From Lachnospiraceae bacterium (GTDB lineage: Bacteria > Bacillota > Clostridia > Lachnospirales > Lachnospiraceae): a stretch of DNA of 61,904 nt. The notes under the pieces were generated by a model. The model was not told the DNA's origin. It did no database searches and saw only the letters and a list, made by a program, of their open reading frames with translations. Where the stretch lies: positions 1 to 61,904 of the forward strand of contig JAGCTJ010000148.1 in assembly GCA_017963665.1 (NCBI GenBank), written 5' to 3'. This document shows positions 47,909-57,133 of this stretch, piece after piece. Position numbers and translations under genes: made by a program. Position 1 is the first letter of the stretch. Each line of letters starts with the position of its first letter.

Positions 47909-49522
47909 CTAATCTTTTTTCTTTTTGGGGCCTCTCTTCTCGGCTCTTTTCTGAGCAAAGATACTTGCCGCCAAAACGATAGCCGCCAATACTGCACAGG
48001 TAGCGATTATCATAGGTGTCGAACGTCTGTGAGGCTTTTCTTCGCCTGCTTTAAGATCGTCCTCTAGTAATATTGTTTCTTCAGAGACTGCTTCGTCAGC
48101 CTCTTCGGACGAAACAGCTTCTACACTCGTATCGTTAACTTCTTCCACCGAAGCTTCGGTTTCTTTTTCCTCTTCTGCCTTAGCTTTTGCCTTGTACTCG
48201 TTCATCATATCAAGAATATGAGAATCGTCCACAAATGCCCAATAAGCGGGTTTAGCCTTATAATCATCGTCAAAAAGAAGCGGACAATGCGGCTTTCCGG
48301 ATGTCGATCCACCACCCATACCCGATGTGGTCTGGAGCCACGAAAACTTATCTATCGTTCCCCAGAAAGTAAATCCGGCAATATCGTAGCCCTCAGCTTT
48401 AAGATCGAGCATCTTATTATAGAGCGTTTTATATCTGTTTGCCTCTCTTGTATACTCGGTTACGACAGACTTCTCATCGTCGGCATCGTAGCTGTCGGAA
48501 GCTTTCATATCCCACTCGGTGATCATCACCTTTACGCCGGTCTCCAGATACTTCTTGGCACATATCTCAAAATCGCCTTCGTTCATCTTGGTGGAATTGT
48601 AATGTCCCTGCATACCCATACCGTCGATCCTGGTACCGTCGGCTTCTTTAACGGCATTGATAAGATTTACAATGCCTATCTGTTTGGGGATGCTGTCATC
48701 ATTATAATCATTGTAATAAAGATCCAGATCTTTGGGCGCATATTTATTTGCAAATCTGAAAGCATTTATTATGAACTCATTGCTCTCATACACATGCCAC
48801 CAGCTTGAATTGGAACCATGCGTATCTTTAAGCAGCGATTCACTCGGATTTTCACTGTCGCTCCTGTAGCTGTGCGAGCCGTCGGAAATAGCCTCGTTCA
48901 CAACATCCCAGCCATAGAACATACCCTTATATTTGCTGTCCTCACCCGTAAAATGAGTAAGAACTTCTCTAATATACCACTCAAGGCGAACATTCATCTC
49001 TTCGGGCGAAACATAATCTTTCGACTTATCATAGTCAACATGGAAAAACCACTCCGGAGTCTGCGAATGCCATACAAGCACATGACCTCTTATCTTAATG
49101 ATATTGTCCGGATTTTCATCGTTCCATTTCTTAATGATGTCGCACATATACTCTGCGCGCGAAAAATCCATATTCGGAACAACTATCGTCTTCCCGTTAA
49201 GCTCATCCTCATGCGTACCCGGAACTTTCCCGTTACTGTAACCAAAAAGCGCATCCGGCTTTAGCTCATTTCCGAACGTAACCGCATTGAAATGATGCTC
49301 AATAAGCTCCTGTATCGCATTTCTGCTAAGCTCATCCTTCGTACAAGCCGCACCCACAATCGTATCTTCGCCCATCTTCTCGCAGACCGCATCCTTAATG
49401 GGCCTTAAATCCTTTTCTATCTGCGGCGCATCATCAGCTCTCGCTTCCATAACATTACTTCCGAAAGCCAACACACCCGCCAGCACAAGTGCCATTATTC
49501 TTATTACCATTTTTCTTTTCAT
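47909..49522 (-). CDS. Secreted, C-terminally membrane-anchored GH10 endo-1,4-beta-xylanase
   Basis: Signal peptide (ARA-D), NELKPD, RGHVLVWHSQTP, WDVVNEA, YNDYN, ITEWD; acidic linker, TM helix, basic tail; ATG 49522. Confidence 0.92.
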   Translation of the reverse strand: MKRKMVIRIMALVLAGVLAFGSNVMEARADDAPQIEKDLRPIKDAVCEKMGEDTIVGAACTKDELSRNAIQELIEHHFNAVTFGNELKPDALFGYSNGKVPGTHEDELNGKTIVVPNMDFSRAEYMCDIIKKWNDENPDNIIKIRGHVLVWHSQTPEWFFHVDYDKSKDYVSPEEMNVRLEWYIREVLTHFTGEDSKYKGMFYGWDVVNEAISDGSHSYRSDSENPSESLLKDTHGSNSSWWHVYESNEFIINAFRFANKYAPKDLDLYYNDYNDDSIPKQIGIVNLINAVKEADGTRIDGMGMQGHYNSTKMNEGDFEICAKKYLETGVKVMITEWDMKASDSYDADDEKSVVTEYTREANRYKTLYNKMLDLKAEGYDIAGFTFWGTIDKFSWLQTTSGMGGGSTSGKPHCPLLFDDDYKAKPAYWAFVDDSHILDMMNEYKAKAKAEEEKETEASVEEVNDTSVEAVSSEEADEAVSEETILLEDDLKAGEEKPHRRSTPMIIATCAVLAAIVLAASIFAQKRAEKRGPKKKKD

Positions 49523-49645
49523 TTTTATTACCTCTGAAACTATAGTAACGCTATCATGACACAGCCGCATGTAATAATCAACTCAAAAATTGCTGAAAAC
49601 AATGTTGCCACATATGCTCTGTGGCGTGGCTAAAACGTAACGTGG

Positions 49646-50791
49646 TCAATTATTTTTGATCTCGTGCTTTTTGTATACCAGAAAGCCCGCCAATATCATG
49701 ACTATGCTTAGGAACACGTATAAGATCGGCACGAATTCGTAGACGGTAAAGTATTTGCCGAGGTGGACAAGACGATACTCGTATACGAGGCGTGAGGATA
49801 TGACCGAGGGTGATATCCATTGGATTGCCTGATTGAGGAGGCGCTTCTCAAGGGGGACCATGGTGGAAAGGGCGAAGATGCCTAAGGAGACGCCGATCAC
49901 CAGGGCCATTGTTGCTATGCCGTTTCTTGTGACGTTTGACATAAGTAGGGAGAAGGCTGCCAGAAGAAGTGCAAATGCGATGAGCATAATAAGGATGACG
50001 CCCTCAAGTTTCCAAAGGGTCATGTTTTCGTTGGCCAACGGCCAGTATAACTGGACAGCACTCTGCATGCCGGAAAAGCCCCATCTGAGTCCGATGTAAG
50101 TTAAGAATCCGACTACTATTACGGTAATGCAGGCAAGGATATATGTGACTCCGGCCAGTATTTTGGCAAAGTACAGGCGGTCTGTGCCATTGATGGTGGC
50201 ACGTATCATGGCGTCTGTTTTTCTTTGGGTCTCCATGGAGAAGATCATTGCCAGACTTGTCGATACAAGTACTATGAGGTAGATTGAAAAATTGGTGGTG
50301 CCTTCGAGAACGCCGGCGGGGATCCAGTTACTGTAAAAAGTAAAGGGGGTTGAAACGGTGGAGGCTTTTTGTTGCCAGAATTGTTTTTCGCCTTCCGTCA
50401 GTTTTTCTTCTTCCATCCCTGTGTCTATTTCCGAAAGTCTGATGTCATAAATGTCTGCGGGGGTAAATTCCGTGAAGCGTGTGCGGTAGCCGACGATATC
50501 GCGTATCCAGTTTCTGATATCGAGATATGCCCTGTGGTCTTCGAGCGTAAAGTCGCCGAGTTCATCGGTGTACGACATGGTTTCGGCTAAAAATTCCTCA
50601 TCAAGGAGTCTTCCGTTGAATTCCGAATAGTATTTCAATTCCTCGGGTTCTATATTTCCCGCTATCTCGCCTTCGCCCTGTATGAAGGCCATTGCAAAGA
50701 AAATTGCGAAAGTGACCATCGCCACTTTGTTTTTCAGTATTTTTAATAATTCAAATTTGTATAAAGAAAAGAAACGTCCTTTTGTAGACAT
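49646..50791 (-). CDS. ABC-2 type transporter permease
   Basis: KFELLKI start, one TM helix, extracellular loop, several further TM helices; FSME...AKI motif; follows the ATPase. Confidence 0.8.
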   Translation of the reverse strand: MSTKGRFFSLYKFELLKILKNKVAMVTFAIFFAMAFIQGEGEIAGNIEPEELKYYSEFNGRLLDEEFLAETMSYTDELGDFTLEDHRAYLDIRNWIRDIVGYRTRFTEFTPADIYDIRLSEIDTGMEEEKLTEGEKQFWQQKASTVSTPFTFYSNWIPAGVLEGTTNFSIYLIVLVSTSLAMIFSMETQRKTDAMIRATINGTDRLYFAKILAGVTYILACITVIVVGFLTYIGLRWGFSGMQSAVQLYWPLANENMTLWKLEGVILIMLIAFALLLAAFSLLMSNVTRNGIATMALVIGVSLGIFALSTMVPLEKRLLNQAIQWISPSVISSRLVYEYRLVHLGKYFTVYEFVPILYVFLSIVMILAGFLVYKKHEIKNN

Positions 50792-50794
50792 CTT

Positions 50795-51493
50795 TTAATC
50801 CTCCTGTTCAAACTCCTTAAGATAGAATTCTTCAAGACTTCCATCTTTTTCTTCCCACTTGCCCTGCCAGATTATCTGACCTTTTCGCATCATTACGATG
50901 TTTTCGGCAATGTGCTCTATATCCGATACTATATGTGTGGAAAGAAGAACTATCGAATCTTTTCCGAGCTCATTGATAAGATTTCTGAAACGGACTCTTT
51001 CTTTGGGATCGAGCCCGGCAGTGGGCTCATCGAGTATGAGTATCTCGGGACGATTGATCAATGCCTGTCCTATTCCGAGTCGCTGCTTCATGCCGCCGGA
51101 ATACTTCTTTACCTTTTCTTTTGCCACTTCTTTAAGGCCTACAAGTTCCAGTATCTCGGTTGTTCTTTCTTTGGCAACCTTTTTATCCAATCCTTTAAGG
51201 GCGCAGAAATACATAAGAAAGTCTCTGCCGGTAAATTCGGGATAATATCCAAAATCCTGCGGAAGATATCCGAGCACATTCCTGTATTCTTCGCTTGTGA
51301 CCAAATGGCCGTCATATGTGATCTCACCGCTTGTGGGTGTAAGAATGCCGCACATCATTCGCATGAGTGTTGTCTTGCCCGCGCCGTTTGCGCCAAGCAG
51401 TCCGGTCACGCCTTTTCCAAGCGTAAGATTCATTCTGTCAACGGCGATCTTGCTGCCGTATTGCTTTGTTATCCTGTCAACTTTTAATTCCAT
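50795..51493 (-). CDS. ABC transporter ATP-binding protein
   Basis: GANGAGKT, YSGGMKQR, LDEPTAGLDP, STH. Confidence 0.95.
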   Translation of the reverse strand: MELKVDRITKQYGSKIAVDRMNLTLGKGVTGLLGANGAGKTTLMRMMCGILTPTSGEITYDGHLVTSEEYRNVLGYLPQDFGYYPEFTGRDFLMYFCALKGLDKKVAKERTTEILELVGLKEVAKEKVKKYSGGMKQRLGIGQALINRPEILILDEPTAGLDPKERVRFRNLINELGKDSIVLLSTHIVSDIEHIAENIVMMRKGQIIWQGKWEEKDGSLEEFYLKEFEQED

Positions 51494-52200
51494 GAAAATC
51501 TCTCCGTTTTAACTGTTTTGTAAAATTCCGATATTTGCAATACTATCAATGCCAAAGCCAATAACGGCCAGACGCGACAATCGATCCGCTCCGCAAAAGA
51601 CGAGTTAACGACCGCTTCCCTTATCGCGATCACAAGCCCCGAAACGGGAATGCAGAACCAAACGTTTTCTCTTCCGAACTGCGTTCTTGCGATCATAAAA
51701 CACAAAATGTTAGTGAGCGTAAAAGGAAGTAAAAGTCCGGTTCCGACAGAGATCGCGTCGATTCCGATACCCATCGAAAAAACGACCGAAAGTACCGCGA
51801 TCACCGCAAACTGAACGCTGCCGATTATGATCATTCTTGCAAAGAACGTACCCTGTTTGGAAAGAAGCGTCGTCATCTCAAGCTCGCTCATATTGTGCAT
51901 TCTCGATCTCATAGCCTCGAATATCCCTATACTTGAAAAGAACGGCATAATGAGCGTAAACACTTCCAAAGTAGTCGGGAGTGCGCTCGCAGAACTGAAA
52001 ATCGGTCTTATCAAAACAAACGCGAAAACGAACCAGATATAGGCTCTTATATGCCCGGCCTGCACCGCTATCATCCTAAAAACACTTACATCAGCGTTTC
52101 TGCTTTCTTTTTGCATCTTTCTGATAAACGCGTCCTTTTTAAGATAATCGGGACTGCCTGCATATTCACTTAAAACGTTCTTGATATCCTTATCTTTCAT
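51484..52200 (-). CDS. Multi-pass membrane protein, probable anti-sigma factor
   Basis: Overlaps the ECF gene; about 6 hydrophobic segments; short cytoplasmic N-terminus. Confidence 0.65.
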   Translation of the reverse strand: MKDKDIKNVLSEYAGSPDYLKKDAFIRKMQKESRNADVSVFRMIAVQAGHIRAYIWFVFAFVLIRPIFSSASALPTTLEVFTLIMPFFSSIGIFEAMRSRMHNMSELEMTTLLSKQGTFFARMIIIGSVQFAVIAVLSVVFSMGIGIDAISVGTGLLLPFTLTNILCFMIARTQFGRENVWFCIPVSGLVIAIREAVVNSSFAERIDCRVWPLLALALIVLQISEFYKTVKTERFSWN

Positions 52201-52642
52201 CGCTCCCCCTTTCCAAGAGTTCCTTTAACTTACTCTTTGCTTTACTGAGTTTTCTGTTTACCGCAAATCGCGAAATGTTAAACATCTTTGCTATCTCACC
52301 GATCGGTTCTTCGTTCACGAATCTTAGTATCACCATTTCCCGATCGTCATCGTCAAGCTGCGAAAGTGCGTCCCTGATTGTCGTCCTCTCAACCGTTTCT
52401 TCTTCAAACTCGTACGTTTGCGTAAGTACTTCCTCATCATCGGTCGAGAGCGGCTTAATGCGCCTGTACTCATCTATACACAGATTCCTTGCTATGGTAT
52501 AAAGAAACCGTTCCGGCTCTTCACACTCCGCTTTCAAAAACTTAAGGAACGTCTCCTGCGTAAGATCTTCGGCGAGGGCTTTGTTATTTACTATGAAAAA
52601 TATATAACGATAAATCTTATCGTAATAAACTTCTATATCCAT
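52190..52642 (-). CDS. ECF RNA polymerase sigma factor
   Basis: AEDLTQETF, LYTIARNLCID, region 4 (EIAKMFNIS); 150 aa. Confidence 0.93.
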   Translation of the reverse strand: MDIEVYYDKIYRYIFFIVNNKALAEDLTQETFLKFLKAECEEPERFLYTIARNLCIDEYRRIKPLSTDDEEVLTQTYEFEEETVERTTIRDALSQLDDDDREMVILRFVNEEPIGEIAKMFNISRFAVNRKLSKAKSKLKELLERGSDER

Positions 52643-52662
52643 GGATTTCCTCGTTCATAATG

Positions 52663-52691
52663 TTAGACGATTTAAGTATACAAAATGTGCG
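52663..52691 (-). promoter_or_regulatory. Putative autoregulatory ECF promoter
   Basis: Minus strand CGCAC-N17-CGTCTAA just upstream of the sigma gene; CGTC is a common ECF -10. Confidence 0.5.
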
Positions 52692-52718
52692 CGCTTTTTT
52701 AAAAAAATTTTTATTCGC

Positions 52719-52753
52719 AAAAAAACTCCTCCCCGCCAAAGCGGAAAGGAGTT
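52719..52753 (-). terminator. Terminator closing the exporter-GH43-U32 operon
   Basis: AACTCCT..CCGC/GCGG..AGGAGTT stem followed by a T run on minus. Confidence 0.75.
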
Positions 52754-52788
52754 AGAGCATCTTTATTGTATTATTGCTGTCCGAAGAA

Positions 52789-53685
52789 TTATTTGCCACC
52801 AAAAAGCGAGCCTAAAACAGACATGAGCTTTTTCTTTACAAAATCACGTTCTTCTCTCTTTGCAAGATAATAAACGTAAGAATCGATTACCATATCCGTA
52901 GGCAAACCTCTTCCGACAAGTTTGAAATTAACAAATCCGTCTTCGGCATATTTTTCGATCTCATCGCAATCGATAAAATGAGGACGGCTCTTGCAATCCG
53001 CAAAAGTAGGTTTGCTGCGGAAATTGGGGCAATCATACGGTGTGTCGGCACGCTCAAAATTAATCTGCAGACGCGACTCGTCCTTATAATGATCTACTCT
53101 CTTGGGACAGTGCGGGAAGCACACTTCATCCACCAGAAGCTCAATCTTGTCCGCATACGGTTTTACGGCTTTAAGTGCCTCCTCGTCGTGATTGAGATCG
53201 TAATCGAGCACCACAAGGAAATAATCCTTTTCAAGTTCCTTCTTCAAAGCCTTAACATCCACGATCCTCTTTGTCGTTGATGATAAATATTTAAAGTCGG
53301 GATATTTTTCTCTCAGATAATCTTCAAGCAGTTTTGAATTGCAAAGAACCTGATTCTTTCCGTTATTTGCCGCTTCCATTATAAGATTGCAATAAGTATC
53401 GTTTAAATGCTTTTCCTCAATAAGAGAATTGGTCCATGTAAAACGCACCGGGACATTGAAATTACTGTAAGTCTCCAATATCTTCTCGATATCTCCCTTG
53501 GCAGTGAGGCCGAATACGGCACGTCCTCCGTTCCATATCGCTCCGGGAAAAGTTCCGTAAACGCTGCCTATCTTATAACCTTCTCTGAATTTGTCGGGAT
53601 AATCCTGCATCATCTTCATGATCACCTGATTCAGATAAAAGTTTACCGTTACCCCCGGTAAATGCCAATATATTTCTTTTGCCAT
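52789..53685 (-). CDS. Hypothetical Cys-rich protein, distant U32-like (paralog B)
   Basis: HLPG, WNGGR, CX3CX25CX11C, NFKLVGR; clearly paralogous to the adjacent gene. Confidence 0.6.
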   Translation of the reverse strand: MAKEIYWHLPGVTVNFYLNQVIMKMMQDYPDKFREGYKIGSVYGTFPGAIWNGGRAVFGLTAKGDIEKILETYSNFNVPVRFTWTNSLIEEKHLNDTYCNLIMEAANNGKNQVLCNSKLLEDYLREKYPDFKYLSSTTKRIVDVKALKKELEKDYFLVVLDYDLNHDEEALKAVKPYADKIELLVDEVCFPHCPKRVDHYKDESRLQINFERADTPYDCPNFRSKPTFADCKSRPHFIDCDEIEKYAEDGFVNFKLVGRGLPTDMVIDSYVYYLAKREERDFVKKKLMSVLGSLFGGK

Positions 53686-53703
53686 AGTTACTGTCTCCTG
53701 TCA

Positions 53704-54660
53704 TCAAGGCCACTTTGCGGGTCTTGGTCTTCCTACGATTATATCTCTGTGATCTTCAAGCGCACGAAGTATCTTTATCCTCGCTTCACCTGCTTTTTCG
53801 GGTTTCAGCATAAAGAAAGCGTATGTCTCAACAAGCGAGAAAATGCTGGCCGTACGGCCTTCGATCTTAAAGTTGTTGATACCTGCGGGAACATACTTCT
53901 CCCAAATATCTTCGGGAGATATAAATGTAGGATAGTCCTGTATCGTATGAACACAGTTGTGCTCGCCGTAATCGCAGTGCCAATGTTTGATAGGTATCTG
54001 CTTGTCGGCCGGAAGCGTACGGTTTAAAAGGATAGTCTTCTGATCTTTGGCGATCTGTCTGTAATGTTCGCCTCTTCTCTTACATCCCGGCTCACAAAGC
54101 GTATTTACAAGCACTTCGAGTTTCTCGGGATGGTTTACCTTGGAAAGAAAATCCCATTTGTTGTTTAAGTTGTAATCCAAAACGACATACTTATACGGTT
54201 TGTCAATCTCGGCATTCAATTCGTCAACGTTCTTGATCTCTTTGCAGGTCGAGCTGTTGTACGCGAAGTTCGGATACTTTTCTCTTAAATACTTTTCAAG
54301 TATGGGTGAAAAGATCATTACCTCATTCATGCCGTTGTCAGCGGCTTCCATACAGAAATTGCAGTACGCATCCTCACAGTCGTGTTCGTTTAGCAAAGGA
54401 TTGGTAAACGTATATCTGATCGGAACCCCGAGATCGTTGATGCTTTTAATGACCATATTGATAAAAGCCGAATCACACTGATCGTATGCAGGAGTAAGTC
54501 TTCCGCCGTTCCAAAGGGCCGTCGGGAAACACCCGAAAAGCGATCCTATCTCCACACCTTCCCTGAAATACTCGGGATTGTTCTTAAGAAAAGTGATCCA
54601 AAGCATATTCAGATGGTAATTGTATCTAAGTCCCGGCAAATGAAACCTTACAGGTAACAT
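53704..54660 (-). CDS. Hypothetical Cys-rich protein, distant U32-like (paralog A)
   Basis: HLPG, WNGGR, CX3CX35CX6C, NFKIEGR (U32 family has LKIEGR). Confidence 0.62.
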   Translation of the reverse strand: MLPVRFHLPGLRYNYHLNMLWITFLKNNPEYFREGVEIGSLFGCFPTALWNGGRLTPAYDQCDSAFINMVIKSINDLGVPIRYTFTNPLLNEHDCEDAYCNFCMEAADNGMNEVMIFSPILEKYLREKYPNFAYNSSTCKEIKNVDELNAEIDKPYKYVVLDYNLNNKWDFLSKVNHPEKLEVLVNTLCEPGCKRRGEHYRQIAKDQKTILLNRTLPADKQIPIKHWHCDYGEHNCVHTIQDYPTFISPEDIWEKYVPAGINNFKIEGRTASIFSLVETYAFFMLKPEKAGEARIKILRALEDHRDIIVGRPRPAKWP

Positions 54661-54668
54661 GATCCCTC

Positions 54669-56240
54669 CTACTCTTCGACTTCTTTAAGCGCCAGGCGCT
54701 CATAAGAAAACGATTTGAATTTGGCATATACAGGCTCATCCCTGTCAACGCCGTCGGTAGCGAAAATGCCGACGGTACAGCCTACGAAACCGCCTGCGAC
54801 TTCCGTCGAAAGTGCGGATATGTCAAGTTCTCTGACATAAGGCTGCAAACCTTTTTCGTTAAGGGAGTACAAAGAAACCTTCGTGCCCACAACATTCATT
54901 ATAAGTGTTGCGGGACTTTCGTTCAATACATCCTCACACAGAAGTTCGGGCTCGCCTTTCTTTACGAGCACCACTCTTGCGCGGCAATCCGAAACCTCGA
55001 ATCTGAGATGGTAATCGCTGCTTTGCATAAGGCAAAGGCCCGCACGGGTTCCCATCATAAGATTATCGGTATAAAGAACGCATCTTATCTCAAACAGTTT
55101 TGAATCCTGTCTTATACATACGTAAGAAGGCGTCGATCTCTCGGAAAGATTGTCCGTTCCGCACTTAAGCAAAAGTCCTTCATTGGTAAACTTTGCCTGA
55201 TCGGTGAACGGAGCACGAAGTGTCATGAACTCGGGACCGAATGAAGTCATTTCTTTAAAGTTGTATCTCTTGGTCACATTCGGAAGACTAGTTTCGGGAC
55301 ACTCGGGCTTAAACTCGTCAAGCTTGATGTTAAGCTCGTCCGACAAACGTCCGAGACCGGGATTGATGAGCGGCCAATCGTCTTCAAAGATCACTCTTGC
55401 AAGGAAAGTCTCTCTTCCCATCGTCGTAAAGCCCTTTGTGGGTCTTACTGCGAGCATTACCATATAGTAATCTCCGTTTATGTTCTGAACAAGATCGCCG
55501 TGTCCGACATACTGAACCGGATACATCTTGCCTAAGAATCTGTGAGTAAATATGGGATTTTTCTTATCACCTTCATAAGGTCCGAAAATGTTTTTGCTGC
55601 GCGCACAGCAAATTGCATGCTCGGGGCCTGTACCGCCTTCGGCATGAATAATGTAATAATACTCTCCTATATGGTAGATGTGCGGGCCTTCGGGCCATGC
55701 GCAATCTCTTAAAGCGCCTTTCCACGCCTCACATCTTTCTCCGACAAGCTTAAAATTCTTATAGTCAAATTCCTGGATGTAGATCGTATTGTCACCCCAG
55801 AATTTGGGACCGTTAACGTCATCGTGAGTACCGCAGTAATAGCACTTTCCGTCATCATCAAAGAAAAGGCTCGGATCGATACCGTCCGCTCCCTCAATGT
55901 AATGAGGCTCGCTCCAGGGGCCTTCCGGATTTTCCGCAGTTACCACAAAGTTTCCGCCGTGCGATACATTTGTGCAAATAATGTAGAAAAGTCCGTCGTT
56001 ATATCTTATCGTGGGAGCAAAAAGTCCCTGTGATATTTCGGCTCCTTCAAGCGGAAGCTGGGAAGGACGGTCAAGTACGTTTCCTATCTGCTCCCAGTGT
56101 GCCAGATCTTTACTGTGCATGATCGGAAGCCCGGGGAAATATGCAAACGATGAATTTACAAGATAAAAATCATCGTTGACCGCACATATCGAAGGGTCGG
56201 GATAAAATCCTGAAAGAATGGGGTTTTTAGCTGTTACCAT
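54669..56240 (-). CDS. GH43 beta-xylosidase/arabinofuranosidase with C-terminal beta-sandwich
   Basis: NPILSGFYPDPS, LFAP, IDPSLFFDDDG, PEGPH; no signal peptide. Confidence 0.92.
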   Translation of the reverse strand: MVTAKNPILSGFYPDPSICAVNDDFYLVNSSFAYFPGLPIMHSKDLAHWEQIGNVLDRPSQLPLEGAEISQGLFAPTIRYNDGLFYIICTNVSHGGNFVVTAENPEGPWSEPHYIEGADGIDPSLFFDDDGKCYYCGTHDDVNGPKFWGDNTIYIQEFDYKNFKLVGERCEAWKGALRDCAWPEGPHIYHIGEYYYIIHAEGGTGPEHAICCARSKNIFGPYEGDKKNPIFTHRFLGKMYPVQYVGHGDLVQNINGDYYMVMLAVRPTKGFTTMGRETFLARVIFEDDWPLINPGLGRLSDELNIKLDEFKPECPETSLPNVTKRYNFKEMTSFGPEFMTLRAPFTDQAKFTNEGLLLKCGTDNLSERSTPSYVCIRQDSKLFEIRCVLYTDNLMMGTRAGLCLMQSSDYHLRFEVSDCRARVVLVKKGEPELLCEDVLNESPATLIMNVVGTKVSLYSLNEKGLQPYVRELDISALSTEVAGGFVGCTVGIFATDGVDRDEPVYAKFKSFSYERLALKEVEE

Positions 56241-56254
56241 GATAATCTCCTTAC

Positions 56255-57133
56255 TTAAGGTTTGGTGATAATGATCTCATTATCTTTCTTGGTTATCTTT
56301 ACTTTATTGTCGTTAAGCGAAAGTTCTTCAATAAGCTCGGCAGGTATCTGTACTCGTCCGGCTCTGTCGAGAACGGCGTACTCGTCCTGGGTGTCCTCGG
56401 CTCTCCAGTCGATGTTCGTTTCTTTAAGTCTGTCGGCATATTTTTCTTTGAGCACACGCTCGGAACTTATCTTTCCGTCTCGGATGGCCACTACTCTTCG
56501 AACTTTCTTCGAAAGCGCCATATCGTGGGTAACGATCAATATCGTCTGTCCGTTTCTGTTAAGCTCCGTAAAAACATCGAATATGAAATCCGCTGTCTTA
56601 AAGTCTACGCTACCTGTGGGCTCATCGGCAAGAAGTAATTTGGGTGAATTGGCAAGTGCGATGGCTATAGCGATACGCTGCTGCTCACCACCCGAGAGCA
56701 TGTTCATACGACTGTGCTTTTTATGACTCATGCCTACCATTTCAAGAAGTTCAAGTGCCTTGTCATGTTTATGCTTTGTGCTTGATAAATTCATCGGAAG
56801 CATGACATTTTCCATTGCACTGAGAAAAGGAAGCATATTTCTTCCGTTGTTCTGCCATACAAATCCGACAGTATCACGCTTGTACAAAACAAGTTCTTTT
56901 TCACTCATAGTAAAAAGATTCTGTCCCGCAACAAACAACGATCCCGCACTTGGCTTGTCCAGTCCGCCGATCATGTTAAGAAACGTTGATTTACCCGAAC
57001 CGGAATTTCCGATTATCGCGGTCAGTTCTCCCGTTTCGACAGAAAGATCGAGTCCCTGAAGGGCAAGTACTTCGGTTTCTTTTGTCTTATAAATCTTTAC
57101 GAGGCCGTCAGCCCTGATCATATCCTCAGCCAT
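56255..57133 (-). CDS. LolD/MacB-type ATPase with C-terminal AbrB/MraZ-like domain
   Basis: GNSGSGKS, LSGGEQQR, ADEPTG; tail EYAVLDRAGRVQIP...; ATG 57133. Confidence 0.88.
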   Translation of the reverse strand: MAEDMIRADGLVKIYKTKETEVLALQGLDLSVETGELTAIIGNSGSGKSTFLNMIGGLDKPSAGSLFVAGQNLFTMSEKELVLYKRDTVGFVWQNNGRNMLPFLSAMENVMLPMNLSSTKHKHDKALELLEMVGMSHKKHSRMNMLSGGEQQRIAIAIALANSPKLLLADEPTGSVDFKTADFIFDVFTELNRNGQTILIVTHDMALSKKVRRVVAIRDGKISSERVLKEKYADRLKETNIDWRAEDTQDEYAVLDRAGRVQIPAELIEELSLNDNKVKITKKDNEIIITKP

